Shown here piece by piece: positions 32,185 through 41,393 of a stretch of 64,000 nt of DNA (its first letter is position 1; each line of letters starts with the position of its first letter). Location of the stretch: NCBI GenBank assembly GCA_963773065.1, contig CAVYZN010000011.1, positions 188,967 to 252,966 of the forward strand. The letters are read 5' to 3'. The notes under the pieces are model-generated. The model saw only the letters and a program-made list of their open reading frames with translations. It was not told the origin of the DNA and did no database searches. This DNA comes from an uncultured Gammaproteobacteria bacterium. GTDB lineage: Bacteria; Pseudomonadota; Gammaproteobacteria; UBA9214. A program made the position numbers and the translations under genes.

Positions 32185-32806
32185 ATGAGCAACGTTTCCT
32201 CTATTACCCCGATTCCGGTGGGCCTCGATGATGGCTACGCCTACACCAAGGTGGCGCTCCCGGATGGACGGCTGATCGTCATTCCCTCGCGTGCTCGCAT
32301 TGGGCAGTCCGGGGTGACCTGGATTGATCCGAGTCAGCAGCGCATCTTCGAGTACGAGACGGAAGAGGCAGTGTACGCGGTTGGCGCCGTCGATGGTGCA
32401 CCCACCCATTTCGAGGGCTACCCGTGGTCGGGTCTCAACCGCGCCATCGTGCAACACGCGCTGCAACAGGCCGGCCTCGCGGGCCGGACGGTGCATGCCG
32501 TCTCCGGCCTGCCGGTCAGCGCCTTCTACCGCAAAAGCGGCGAACACCGGCAGGAAACCATTGCCAAAAAGCGCGACAGCCTCAAGCAGGCGGTTCGACC
32601 GCTGTCGGGTGCGCTTCCGGCCGGCATTGCCTTCCATGAGGTGATCCCGGAGGCGCTGGCCGCCTGGTATGACGATGTGATCGTCGAACAGGGCGATGGG
32701 GTCACCCTGGAGGCGGACCGTGTCGCCGTGCCGGTCGCGATCGTCGACATCGGCGGACGCACCACGGATTACGTGGTGGTCAAGAACCAGGGCATCCTCG
32801 TGTGGT
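32185..32806 (+). pseudogene. ParM/StbA-like actin-fold segregation ATPase, 3'-truncated by IS insertion
   Basis: PVGLDDGYAYTKVA (phosphate-1 motif) ... VAIVDIGGRTTDYVVV (phosphate-2 motif). Homology stops at about 32806, where IS-derived sequence begins. GAGGA SD lies before ATG 32185. Confidence 0.75.
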
Positions 32807-32933
32807 CAAAAAACTCATCCATATCGTGATATCAACATCTTAACATCTGCTGTACGTGCCACAATGCCTTTGTGTCTTGCCGCAAATGAGACTTACAATT
32901 GACGAGTTATTCGAGTTGGCGGTGGGGAAATTT

Positions 32934-33521
32934 ATGTATTGGGCGCGCATACTGGCCTACATTACCGGGACAGTGGACCAGGAACTCCTTTTGCGTAATG
33001 AGTATCTCGTTGCTGAAAACCGGATCCTGAAAGCTCAGCTCAAAACTCGGTTGATGCTCACTGACGACGAGCGGATTACTCTCGCTGAGATCGCTCATCG
33101 CCTTGGCCGCAAAGCGCTTGCGGATGTGGCCAATGCCGCGAAGCCGGACACCATCCTGGGCTGGTACCGGAGGCTGGTAGCACGCAAGTTCGATGGGTCC
33201 AAGTCGCGTCGCTATCCGGGCCAACCCAAAATTGATCATGAAACCGAACAACTGGTGGTGCGTATGGCCAAAGAGAATTCGGATTGGGGGTTTGATCGCA
33301 TTGTGGGCGCCATGGCGAACCTCGGCTACGGGCTGTCCGATCAAACGGTTGGCAATATTCTGCAACGCCATGGTATCCCGCCCGCGCCGGAGCGCCAGCG
33401 TTCAACAACCTGGGTAGATTTCATCCGCACACACATGTCTGTCCTTGCGGGGACTGACTTTTTCACGGTGGAGGTACTGACGCTGCGCGGGTTGGTTACT
33501 TACTACGTGCTGTTCTTTATT
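32934..33521 (+). pseudogene. rve-family transposase, N-terminal fragment
   Basis: ...LLRNEYLVAENRILKAQL...MAKENSDWGFDRIVGAMANLGY...TWVDFIRTHMSVLAGTDFFTVEVLTLRGLVTYYVLFFI, then broken by the insertion. Confidence 0.85.
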
Positions 33522-35787
33522 GTCGATCATAAGGTTAAAACCACCGGCTTTAGCCGGTCAGCTTTAGCCTTGCTGCTTTAAGCGGAAGAGAAAGCATCGA
33601 CTCTCGTTCCGCCTTGTTGTTTTGCGCGTTTAGCCGGGTGCGGTTTGACGACTTTAGTCGTCAGCACCCTGGCTGCGCTAACCCACCTACTTTAGCCTGA
33701 CTTTCGCCACTCGGCATGTTGACAGCATATAAGTGCTTGATATTGTAAGCAGGCACTCCCGAAGGTCTGTCCTACATTCGCGAACTTATTTTTGCGTCGC
33801 CTGCGTGCCGTACGCGGTAATGCGTGGCGGAGCTTGTGCCGGCAAACTCCAGTTCAGTTGCGCCAGGATGAGTTGTTGGTCCGCCTCGGGCTCGGTATAG
33901 CGGGTGAAGATCAATTCCCGTCCATCGGTGGTCGGAAAGTGCACATCCAGCAGCTGGATGGCGGCGAGTTTGTCGAGTGCTTGCCGTGGTGTGAGCCCCG
34001 GTGCGCGCTGCTTGAGTTGGTGACTGAGCGTGACGTGCACGCAGTAGGCGAGAAACGACTGCAGGGATGCAGGAGGTAGGGCAACGCAGGGAGCAGTTGC
34101 CGAGCACACAAAGATGTGCGCCTCGATGCGGTCCTCCCGTTGATGGAAGATCGGCCGGATGGACAGTTCGCTTTTCAGATTCTTGAATGCCGCTTCGACC
34201 TCCACCAGTTGCAAGTAGAACTGCCACAGTTGTGCCGGGTCGGTGGCGGTGAGGTTGGAGCGCAGCAGGTAGCGGCCCTCGCGCTTGCGCACCGTGCGGA
34301 GCTTGGCGCGGTCGAGTTCGAAGTCGAAATCCGTGCGTTGCTTGCGGGTCTGTTTATCCGGCGCCGGTGGTAATCGCAGCGTAATCAGGCTGGCCGCTCG
34401 CCCCGCCAGGGCTTGCGCCGCGCCGAGTTTGGTGAGCAGGGTGTCGTAGCGCGGGCGCTGGCGTTGGAGCGCCTTCAATCGTGCGAGGTAGCGCCGCAGG
34501 CGCTGTTGACGCATGGCGCGCTCCTTGTGCACACGCGACTGGCTCTTTACATACACGTAGAGATCATCGTCTTGTGGCAAGAGCTTGACCTGCACCTGAT
34601 CACGCGCCTGCTGCCAGCTACAGGCCGCAAGCTCGGCCTCGAGTCGGTTCAGCCGCCCCTTCGGTGTCCCGACCAGGTACTGCGCACCGCGTTCACGCAT
34701 CAGCGCCAGATGCGCTTCGGTCGGAATGCCGCGATCCATCACCCAGATCCGCCGCGCCTTGCCGTAGAGCGTCTCAATGCGTTCCAGAAACTGCGGTAAC
34801 GTCGTCGCATCCGCCGTGTTGCCCGAGAGCACCTCGTAGGTGAGCGGGAAGCCCTCCGGGGTGACAATCAGCGCAATCACCACCTGCACGCAATCCGGTC
34901 GATGATCACGCGAATACCCGTAGCGGCGCTTGTCACCCTCGGGAAACGGCGGATCACTCTCAAAGTAGGTGCTCGTCAAGTCGTAGAGCAGCACATCGAA
35001 GGAGGCGCCGAATAAATCCTGCCAACGCTGCTGCAAAAACACCTGCAGCGCGTCCTTGTGCTCCAGCAACTTGTCCAAGCACCGATACAAGGTGTCCTTC
35101 GCGGCCAGCGCGCTATCCCCTCCCAGCAGATCGCCCATTGCGCTGTGCTCGAACCACTCCCGATGCAGTCGCCACTCGCTACCCGGATCGATCAGCCGAT
35201 ACGCCACCAGCACCATCAACACCTGATGCCAATCCGTGCCCTCGCGCGACTCCCCCAAGCGGGGCTGCCAGAACTCATCGAGCTTCAGTTGCTGCCACAA
35301 CCGCACAAACGCCCAGCACGCGCCCCACTGCCGAGGACGATGCAAGCGGAATTCACCGAGCCGCACCTGCACACCGCACGCCGCGGCATGCGATGGTACT
35401 TTCACATCGTCGGGAAACAGCGCCAGCCTGTGTGTTTGCGCGCGCTCGTCCAGCGCTTCAATCTGCTTGATCCACGCCGCGCGCTGCGAATCGTTGATCT
35501 CGCCCAGATACAAGATGTGCCGTTCAACCGTCCCGCGCGCTACTCGCCGCTTCTCCGCGATGCTGAAGTAGCGATGCTCCTTGCCGTCTTTGAATCGTCG
35601 ATGACACTTCAGATACATGCATCAAGACTACCCACGCCCACGCACCTTGCAAGCACCAAGGTCTGTACCTGATCGGAATTCGCGATCGCCCTCCTTACAC
35701 GTCAATGGCTTGCGCGAACGAAAACGCGCAAAATCGGCGAAAACATTCGCCAGTAGCGAAAGTCAGGTTAGTAGGTGGTAGTTCAGT
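33522..35787 (-). mobile_element. IS1634-like (IS4 superfamily) insertion block
   Basis: Boundaries are defined by the interrupted host ORF (FFI|HLESRRV). An imperfect ~35-bp IR pair sits at about 33681-33715 and 35747-35781. The extra 157 bp at the left contain five CTTTAGCC-like repeats. Confidence 0.75.
33786..35618 (-). CDS. IS1634-family transposase
   Basis: 610-aa ORF starting MYLKCHRRFKDGKEHRYFSIAEKRRVARGTVERHILYLGEINDSQRAAW, characteristic of IS1634-type DDE transposases. Confidence 0.85.
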   Translation of the reverse strand: MYLKCHRRFKDGKEHRYFSIAEKRRVARGTVERHILYLGEINDSQRAAWIKQIEALDERAQTHRLALFPDDVKVPSHAAACGVQVRLGEFRLHRPRQWGACWAFVRLWQQLKLDEFWQPRLGESREGTDWHQVLMVLVAYRLIDPGSEWRLHREWFEHSAMGDLLGGDSALAAKDTLYRCLDKLLEHKDALQVFLQQRWQDLFGASFDVLLYDLTSTYFESDPPFPEGDKRRYGYSRDHRPDCVQVVIALIVTPEGFPLTYEVLSGNTADATTLPQFLERIETLYGKARRIWVMDRGIPTEAHLALMRERGAQYLVGTPKGRLNRLEAELAACSWQQARDQVQVKLLPQDDDLYVYVKSQSRVHKERAMRQQRLRRYLARLKALQRQRPRYDTLLTKLGAAQALAGRAASLITLRLPPAPDKQTRKQRTDFDFELDRAKLRTVRKREGRYLLRSNLTATDPAQLWQFYLQLVEVEAAFKNLKSELSIRPIFHQREDRIEAHIFVCSATAPCVALPPASLQSFLAYCVHVTLSHQLKQRAPGLTPRQALDKLAAIQLLDVHFPTTDGRELIFTRYTEPEADQQLILAQLNWSLPAQAPPRITAYGTQATQK

Positions 35788-36269
35788 CATCTCGAGAGCC
35801 GTCGCGTTGAGATCGCCGGGATCACGCGACATCCCAATGAAGCCTGGATGAAGCAAATCGCTAGGAATGTCACCATGGACGAATGGGGTTTTCTCGATAA
35901 TTGCCGGTATCTCATCCATGACCGTGACACTAAGTACTGTCAGTCATTTCGGAAATCATCGAATCCGGCGATGTCAAAACGCTGCCGCTCCCTGCACGTA
36001 GTCCGAATTTGAATGCGTTCGCGGAGCGCTGGGTGAAATCGGTGAAAGACGACTGTTTATCAAAGTTGATTCTGTTTGGCGAAACGTTTTTAAGATGTGC
36101 ACTGCGTGAGTACCTCGTCCATTATCATGCCGAACGGAATCATCAGGGCAAAGATAACGTCCTATTATTACCAACCGCCAAGCAATCAGTGGATCGTGTT
36201 GATGGACCAGTCAGATGTAAAGAACGCTTAGGTGGGCTGCTGAAATATTACCATCGAGAAGCTGCATGA
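35788..36269 (+). pseudogene. rve-family transposase, C-terminal fragment (additional frameshift)
   Basis: HLESRRVEIAGITRHPNEAWMKQIARN...YLIHDRDTKYCQSF, then a 1-nt loss in a G run (about 35951-35953: TTTCGG-AAATC). Continues EIIESGDVKTLPLPARSPNLNAFAERWVKSVKDDCL...HYHAERNHQG. Confidence 0.85.
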
Positions 36270-36316
36270 GTGTGATGCCTATACGGTCGCGGAAGCTTTG
36301 ATCCCGCCTGTGGAAG

Positions 36317-36922
36317 ATGGCCGACCTGTTTCCCACCGATCCTAAGCGTATCCGCGAGCGAATTTGCCGCTACGAACGCGCCCTTAAAAGGGAACTGGAG
36401 GAGGGATATGGTGGAGACGGCTACGGTAAGCGGTATTTGCTAGGACCGCTCTACATGTTGATGGGCGATGTCGCCGGTGCTCTGGCATCATTCGACTGGT
36501 ATGAAGACGCCTATCCCGACGATGGTGGAGAACCATACCAATATTTGACCTGGGCACTGGCACTATTCCGGGGTGGTCGCAGAGAAGAGGCGTTCAACAA
36601 GCTCTACCAAACTATGCTTGAGAACCTTTATATCGTACCATTCCTACTCGGACGAAATCTCCGGCAACTTGATATTTGGCACGGTAGCAACTTCGAATGG
36701 ATTGAGTACGCCGTTGAGGTGTCGCGAGAGTTACTGAATCTATGGGACGACGCGGCCCTACAGTGGGCCCGAGAAGTTTCGGAGCACCCAGTTGTCATCG
36801 AAAAGGTAGCGCGTTATATCGCCATCCACCGGGAGTTGAAAAGCGAACCACCTGGGCCGCGGCGATCGGCCTTGGTGCATGAGTCTTTCGCCTTGAAAAA
36901 GGCCGCTATTCCATTACACTGA
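36317..36922 (+). CDS. hypothetical helical-repeat protein
   Basis: 201-aa ORF with protein-like composition (TPR-like helical hairpins by eye). No family recognised. First gene of the lower-GC cassette. Confidence 0.5.
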   Translation: MADLFPTDPKRIRERICRYERALKRELEEGYGGDGYGKRYLLGPLYMLMGDVAGALASFDWYEDAYPDDGGEPYQYLTWALALFRGGRREEAFNKLYQTMLENLYIVPFLLGRNLRQLDIWHGSNFEWIEYAVEVSRELLNLWDDAALQWAREVSEHPVVIEKVARYIAIHRELKSEPPGPRRSALVHESFALKKAAIPLH

Positions 36923-37533
36923 CGGTTGCCTGTGGACAGCTACTTTCGCGTACTCTCTTGGTACCGGAGAACACGACAGTAGCCGTATGAGTATTTTGAC
37001 CACGCGAGGATGGCGTTGTCGGCGGTTGCCAGTGCCTTGAAGAACTGATGCAATTGCTGGGTACGCGTGCGGTGGGCTTCAGGAAAGCTGTCCAGAAGGC
37101 AGGTCGCAACCGTCAGCGGATATGCCCCCGCCTGGACGGTGATCAGGAGCATCCACCTGCCAAGCTGACTCGGGATAAGCGCCCTGTCGTTATCGATGCT
37201 GGTGAAGGGCCACCTGAGTCCGCATCCGTCACCTATTCAGCGAATTGGGTGGGATGCGGTGTAGATGCATTACTGGCAGCGCGCGCTCATGATTTAGGGC
37301 AGTCTGGCCCTTTATTGTTGTCGTGGACACAGTTGGTGAAATATTTTTCAGATCCTTACTATTCAAAACTGGCATTTCTCTGTGCTGTGTCCTATAAGAA
37401 TTGACCAGAGAACAATGATCGACCCACGTGTTCGCTCGAGGTGCGTTATCAGCGGCCAATTTTCGTTCAAAGTACTGGCTCGGGCAACTTGCCATGATGG
37501 AATTCGATTATTTCATAAAAATGGAGGTGGAGG

Positions 37534-39627
37534 ATGGCACGCAAACCCCGTAAAACCAGTATGACGCCAGGTAAGGTCCGTGAAACAATGAGCCAAATTG
37601 CGAAAGCTGTTCGGCCTGTTGCAGCCGCTGGTGGCAAGCAACGCTTCCTGTATACCCGCCCGGACGGCATCGATTTTCGGGACAAAATGTACATCCCCAC
37701 GCTGGTCGAGGTGCCGGTACAGCGCGAGTTAAAGGCGTACCGTGAGGCGGGCGCTCCGATACTCGATCAGGGGGAAGAGGGCGCTTGCACCGGATTTGGT
37801 CTTGCCACGGTTGCTCACTACCTGCTCTTAACCCGGATGGACTCCCGCGATCCTGCGCCTATTAGCCCGTTTATGTTCTATGACATGGCACGACGGTATG
37901 ATGAATGGGCGGGTGAGGACTACGAAGGTTCGAGCTGTCGGGGAGCAATCAAGGGCTGGTACAAACATGGTGTCTGTAAGCAGTCGCTGTGGCTCTCAAG
38001 CTCCAAGAAGAACAAAGCTTTAAGCCAGGATGTCGTCGCCGACGCGGCAGTACGGCCGCTCGGTGCGTACTTCCGGGTCAATCACAAGGATCTGGTGGCG
38101 ATGCACTCCGCCATAACGGAGACCGGGGTTCTCTACGCAAGTGCCACGGTGCATACGGGCTGGGAAAAGGTGAAGTCCAACGGCAAGGTTCGCTTCGAGA
38201 CGACGCCGCTGGGCGGCCACGCTTTTGCGATCGTCGCTTATGATCAAGAGGGGTTCTGGATCCAGAATTCCTGGGGAGGGGATTGGGGCCGTGAAGGTTT
38301 CTGCCACATCACCTATCAGGACTGGCTTGTCAACGGAACCGATGTTTGGGCTGCCCGCCTTGGCGCACCCGTCATGCTACCCGAGAGTATACGATCTGCC
38401 GAGACAACAATGGTTGGCTCGGTACGCTCCGGGGCATTTGTATACAACGATATTCGTCCACACGTCATCAGCATCAAGAACGACGGTCAGTTGGATGAAC
38501 ACGGTGATATCGCTACCTCGCAGGAGATGGTAAGTGAGATCCTCCAGGAGGATTTCCTGCGCATTACGGCCGGTTGGAAGAAAAAGCGGTTGGTGCTCTA
38601 CGCCCATGGTGGTCTCGTGGGGGAAGAGGCCGCCCTGCAACGGATCTCTGACTACCGCAAGGCGACGCTGGAAGCTGAGTGCTATCCATTGGCCTTCATC
38701 TGGAAGTCCGATTATTGGACCACGCTCAAGAATATGCTGCTCGATGCAACCCAGCGTCGGCGCCCCGAGGGTTTTCTGGATAGCTCCAAGGACTTCATGC
38801 TGGATCGACTCGACGACGCGCTGGAACCGATCGCTCGGGTTTTCACCGGTAAGGCAGAGTGGAGCGAGATGAAAGAGAACGCACTCCTGGCCACCACCTC
38901 GGCCACCGGCGGTGCCCGCATGGTTGCGGACGAAATCGCGAAGCTGGTTAGAAACAACGACGACGTGGAACTGCACATTGTCGGGCACAGTGCGGGCAGC
39001 ATCTTCCATGCACCGCTCGTTCAATACCTCACGGGACAGGGCGTGATCGGCTCAGGGCCGATGGCGCCTTTAAAAGTCAAAGGACTGGGCTTGAAGATTG
39101 AGACCTGTACTCTCTGGGCACCGGCCTGTACGACCCGGCTATTTAAGGAAAGCTACCTTCCTTCCATCGACCAAGGTCTGATTGACCGATTTGCGCTGTT
39201 TACACTCACCGACAAGGCTGAACAGGACGATGACTGTGCCAATATCTACCACAAATCCCTGCTATACCTGGTATCCAACGCCTTCGAGGAGACGGCGAGA
39301 ATCCCGATGATTCACCCCGACGGCGAGCCGATCTTGGGCATGCAAAAATGCGTCGATGGCGATGCTGCTTTAAAGAGCATTTTCAAGCAGAAGAAAGCCG
39401 ATTGGATCCTGTCACCGAACATTAATTCCGTGGGTTCCGCGAACGCGTCTCAGTCGATGCACCACGGTGATTTTGATGACGACGAGGCGACCGTCAAGGC
39501 GACCTTGGCCCGTATCCTTGGAAAGTCCAGTGCAAAGAGTGATTTTACATTTCAACACAGTGCAATATCCCGTCGTGGTATTAGACGCCATATCGACGGT
39601 GAACAAGATGCTACACTCACCCGTTAG
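37534..39627 (+). CDS. papain-like (C1) cysteine peptidase fused to a C-terminal GxSxG alpha/beta-hydrolase-like domain
   Basis: Strong SD (GGAGGTGGAGG). N-terminal domain: DQGEEGACTGFGLA (Cys), GGHAFAIVAYD (His), IQNSWGGDWGREGF (Asn/Trp). C-terminal domain: LVLYAHGGL, HIVGHSAGSIF (nucleophile elbow), acidic DDD and HHGDFDDD (candidate Asp/His). No signal peptide. Confidence 0.8.
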   Translation: MARKPRKTSMTPGKVRETMSQIAKAVRPVAAAGGKQRFLYTRPDGIDFRDKMYIPTLVEVPVQRELKAYREAGAPILDQGEEGACTGFGLATVAHYLLLTRMDSRDPAPISPFMFYDMARRYDEWAGEDYEGSSCRGAIKGWYKHGVCKQSLWLSSSKKNKALSQDVVADAAVRPLGAYFRVNHKDLVAMHSAITETGVLYASATVHTGWEKVKSNGKVRFETTPLGGHAFAIVAYDQEGFWIQNSWGGDWGREGFCHITYQDWLVNGTDVWAARLGAPVMLPESIRSAETTMVGSVRSGAFVYNDIRPHVISIKNDGQLDEHGDIATSQEMVSEILQEDFLRITAGWKKKRLVLYAHGGLVGEEAALQRISDYRKATLEAECYPLAFIWKSDYWTTLKNMLLDATQRRRPEGFLDSSKDFMLDRLDDALEPIARVFTGKAEWSEMKENALLATTSATGGARMVADEIAKLVRNNDDVELHIVGHSAGSIFHAPLVQYLTGQGVIGSGPMAPLKVKGLGLKIETCTLWAPACTTRLFKESYLPSIDQGLIDRFALFTLTDKAEQDDDCANIYHKSLLYLVSNAFEETARIPMIHPDGEPILGMQKCVDGDAALKSIFKQKKADWILSPNINSVGSANASQSMHHGDFDDDEATVKATLARILGKSSAKSDFTFQHSAISRRGIRRHIDGEQDATLTR

Positions 39628-39683
39628 TCCCTTACCACTGAATTCTTGAGCAAGAATACAAAGGGCGCAGGAGGCTTTCCATA

Positions 39684-40358
39684 ATGAATACTCCGGTCGA
39701 ATTCGGCTTAGCTATAAGCAATTCCTTTCCGTCAGGCACGGGAAGTTTCAACTACGAGGGGTCGTTTAAAATCGTCGTACAGAATCTGGCCTTCGTGAAG
39801 CAGGTCTCGATTTGGGCGCGCGTGAGCTCGTTTTGGAAAGACATCAACGCGAGCTACGTGGCATCGCTTCCCGGAGGGCTCGAATTGTGGAGCGCTCCGG
39901 CGAGCAACAGCGAGAGCGCGTTTGTCGCGAAATACGTCGTGAACGGAACGACGTATTGGGAAAACAACGACGGATGGGATTATTTGTTTCCGCAGGCTTT
40001 CGACGAGTTTGTCGTGCTGGCGGGCCGGCACTACCCGGTGGTCCTGGGCACTGCGAGCCTGGGCGGCGGAACGCTGCATGTGGACGTTGGGGTGCAAAAC
40101 CTAGCCTACGCCAAGGTGGTCGGCATCGTTTTCACGACGAACGATTGGGCCACGGTGCAGGTTGCGCTTGGCAGTTACAGCTCGACGATGAAAAGTGGTC
40201 TGGAAGTCTGGCACCTCACCACGCCGGTGGGCGCAGCAGTCGAGGTGAAATTCGCCATTTTCTACCAGGTGTTGGGAACTGAAATTTGGGACAACAACTT
40301 TTGGCGCAACTACCGCGTGACGCCGTCCATCACCGCAAAGTGGGGCGACGCGCCGTGA
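39684..40358 (+). CDS. tandem CBM21-like (glycogen/starch-binding module) protein
   Basis: AGGAGG SD. Two repeats fit the CBM21 pattern V.NLA..K.V.V......W.....A.Y...........F......F...Y.V.G...W.NN...NY (VVQNLAFVKQVSIWA...YVVNGTTYWENNDGWDY and GVQNLAYAKVVGIVFTTNDWAT...FAIFYQVLGTEIWDNNFWRNYRV). Confidence 0.7.
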   Translation: MNTPVEFGLAISNSFPSGTGSFNYEGSFKIVVQNLAFVKQVSIWARVSSFWKDINASYVASLPGGLELWSAPASNSESAFVAKYVVNGTTYWENNDGWDYLFPQAFDEFVVLAGRHYPVVLGTASLGGGTLHVDVGVQNLAYAKVVGIVFTTNDWATVQVALGSYSSTMKSGLEVWHLTTPVGAAVEVKFAIFYQVLGTEIWDNNFWRNYRVTPSITAKWGDAP

Positions 40359-40389
40359 TTAACCACAAAGAAATAATGACGTAATGAAC

Positions 40390-41069
40390 GTCGGCTGGGG
40401 TTCACCGCGGATTGTTGGGGAGCTGCGCAAGCTCCGCATTGATGTCGCAAAATCAACCGTGGAGAAGTAGCGGGTGCGATTCAGGAAACCACCGTCGCCA
40501 ACGTGGAAGGCTTTTCTGAACAATCATGTTGTGACTTGGTGTCTATCGATTTCTTCGTGGTGCCGACAGTAAGATTCAAGGTAATGTTCGTCTTGGTAGT
40601 CCTTGCACATCACCGTCGCAGGGTGGTGCACTTCAACGTCACGGCGCATCCCACCGCCCAGTGGTCCACCCGGCAGATCATTGAAGCTTTGCCCTGGGAT
40701 ATGGCGCCGAAGTATCTACTGCGGGACCGAGATGCTATCTATGGGAACCAATTCCAGAAGCGCATCCAAAGCGTGGGCATCGAAGAGGTTATCACTGCAC
40801 CACGATGCCCTTGGCAGAATGCATTTGTCGAACGCGTGATGGGTAGCATCCGGCGAAATTGCCTGGATCATGTCCTCGTGTTGAACGATTGTCATCTGAA
40901 ACGAATTCTTACCTGCTATTTCGACTATTATCATCGCTGGCGCATGCACCTGTCGCTGGCAATGGATAGTCCTGAATCGCGATCGGTGCAACTGTCAGCG
41001 CTGGGAAAGGTCGTACAATTTCCAGAAGTCGGTGGACTACATCATCATTACGAACGGCTGACGGCGTGA
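40390..41069 (+). pseudogene. rve-family transposase fragment (5'-truncated, in-frame stop and frameshift)
   Basis: WGSPRIVGELRKLRIDVAKSTVEK*RVRFRKPPSPTWKAFLNNH, frame change, then DLVSIDFFVVPTVRFKVMFVLVVLAHHRRRVVHFNVTAHPTAQW...PWQNAFVERVMGSIRRNCLDH. Confidence 0.85.
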
Positions 41070-41393
41070 TATGAGTTTTCGGGAAGCACAGACACAATCC
41101 TGCAAGATTTCGCGGTGCTGGCGGGCCAATGGCCTGCCAGCACCGTTGAACTACCTGTTGACCTTTGAGGAAAAGGGCGTTTATCTTTCCTAGCCGCTGG
41201 ACTTGACCCGCTTCCGTGGACACTTCATCTTCACAAAGAGAGGTGTTCGAGATGGCAAAAAAGCAGAGAATGTACACGCCGGAGTTCCGGCTGTTGTTGC
41301 CGGAGTAAAAGCGCGGCTATTTGCCGCGACTGTTTGCCGTATCCAGGCATAACAGCTTATGGACGCTATCGGTGGCGCCCGTATCAGTGCCGC

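Larger units (their letters stand above)
20673..32806. mobile_element. tRNA-Arg-associated genomic island: integrase plus decayed ICE (SPI-7/PFGI-1-type) maintenance module, truncated by an IS at 32.8 kb
   Basis: A tyrosine integrase lies 67 nt from the tRNA 3' end, followed by DUF4224, S24 repressor, Cro-like, ParB-like, DUF2857, STY4528-like, PFL_4669-like and ParM-like genes. No conjugation (T4SS/relaxase) genes are present in the window. Confidence 0.8.
32807..36300 (+). mobile_element. IS481-like (rve-domain) element, itself interrupted by another IS; ends approximate
   Basis: The single long transposase gene is split at 33521/35788. The outer ends were not defined by clear inverted repeats. 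Confidence 0.65.

Noticed and set aside
36923-37533. Small overlapping ORFs on both strands (36906-37109, 36940-37152, 37048-37404, 37229-37495).
   Set aside because: They are mutually overlapping, lack SD sequences and have no recognisable motifs. Treated as non-coding or degraded spacer within the lower-GC cassette.
41070-41156. Attempt to define the outer ends and target duplications of the IS481-like elements (32807-36300 and the 40390-41069 fragment).
   Set aside because: No convincing inverted repeats were found by eye. The TGTGG pentamer flanking 32807-36313 could be a 5-bp duplication, but the adjoining ends are not inverted repeats, so it is probably coincidental.
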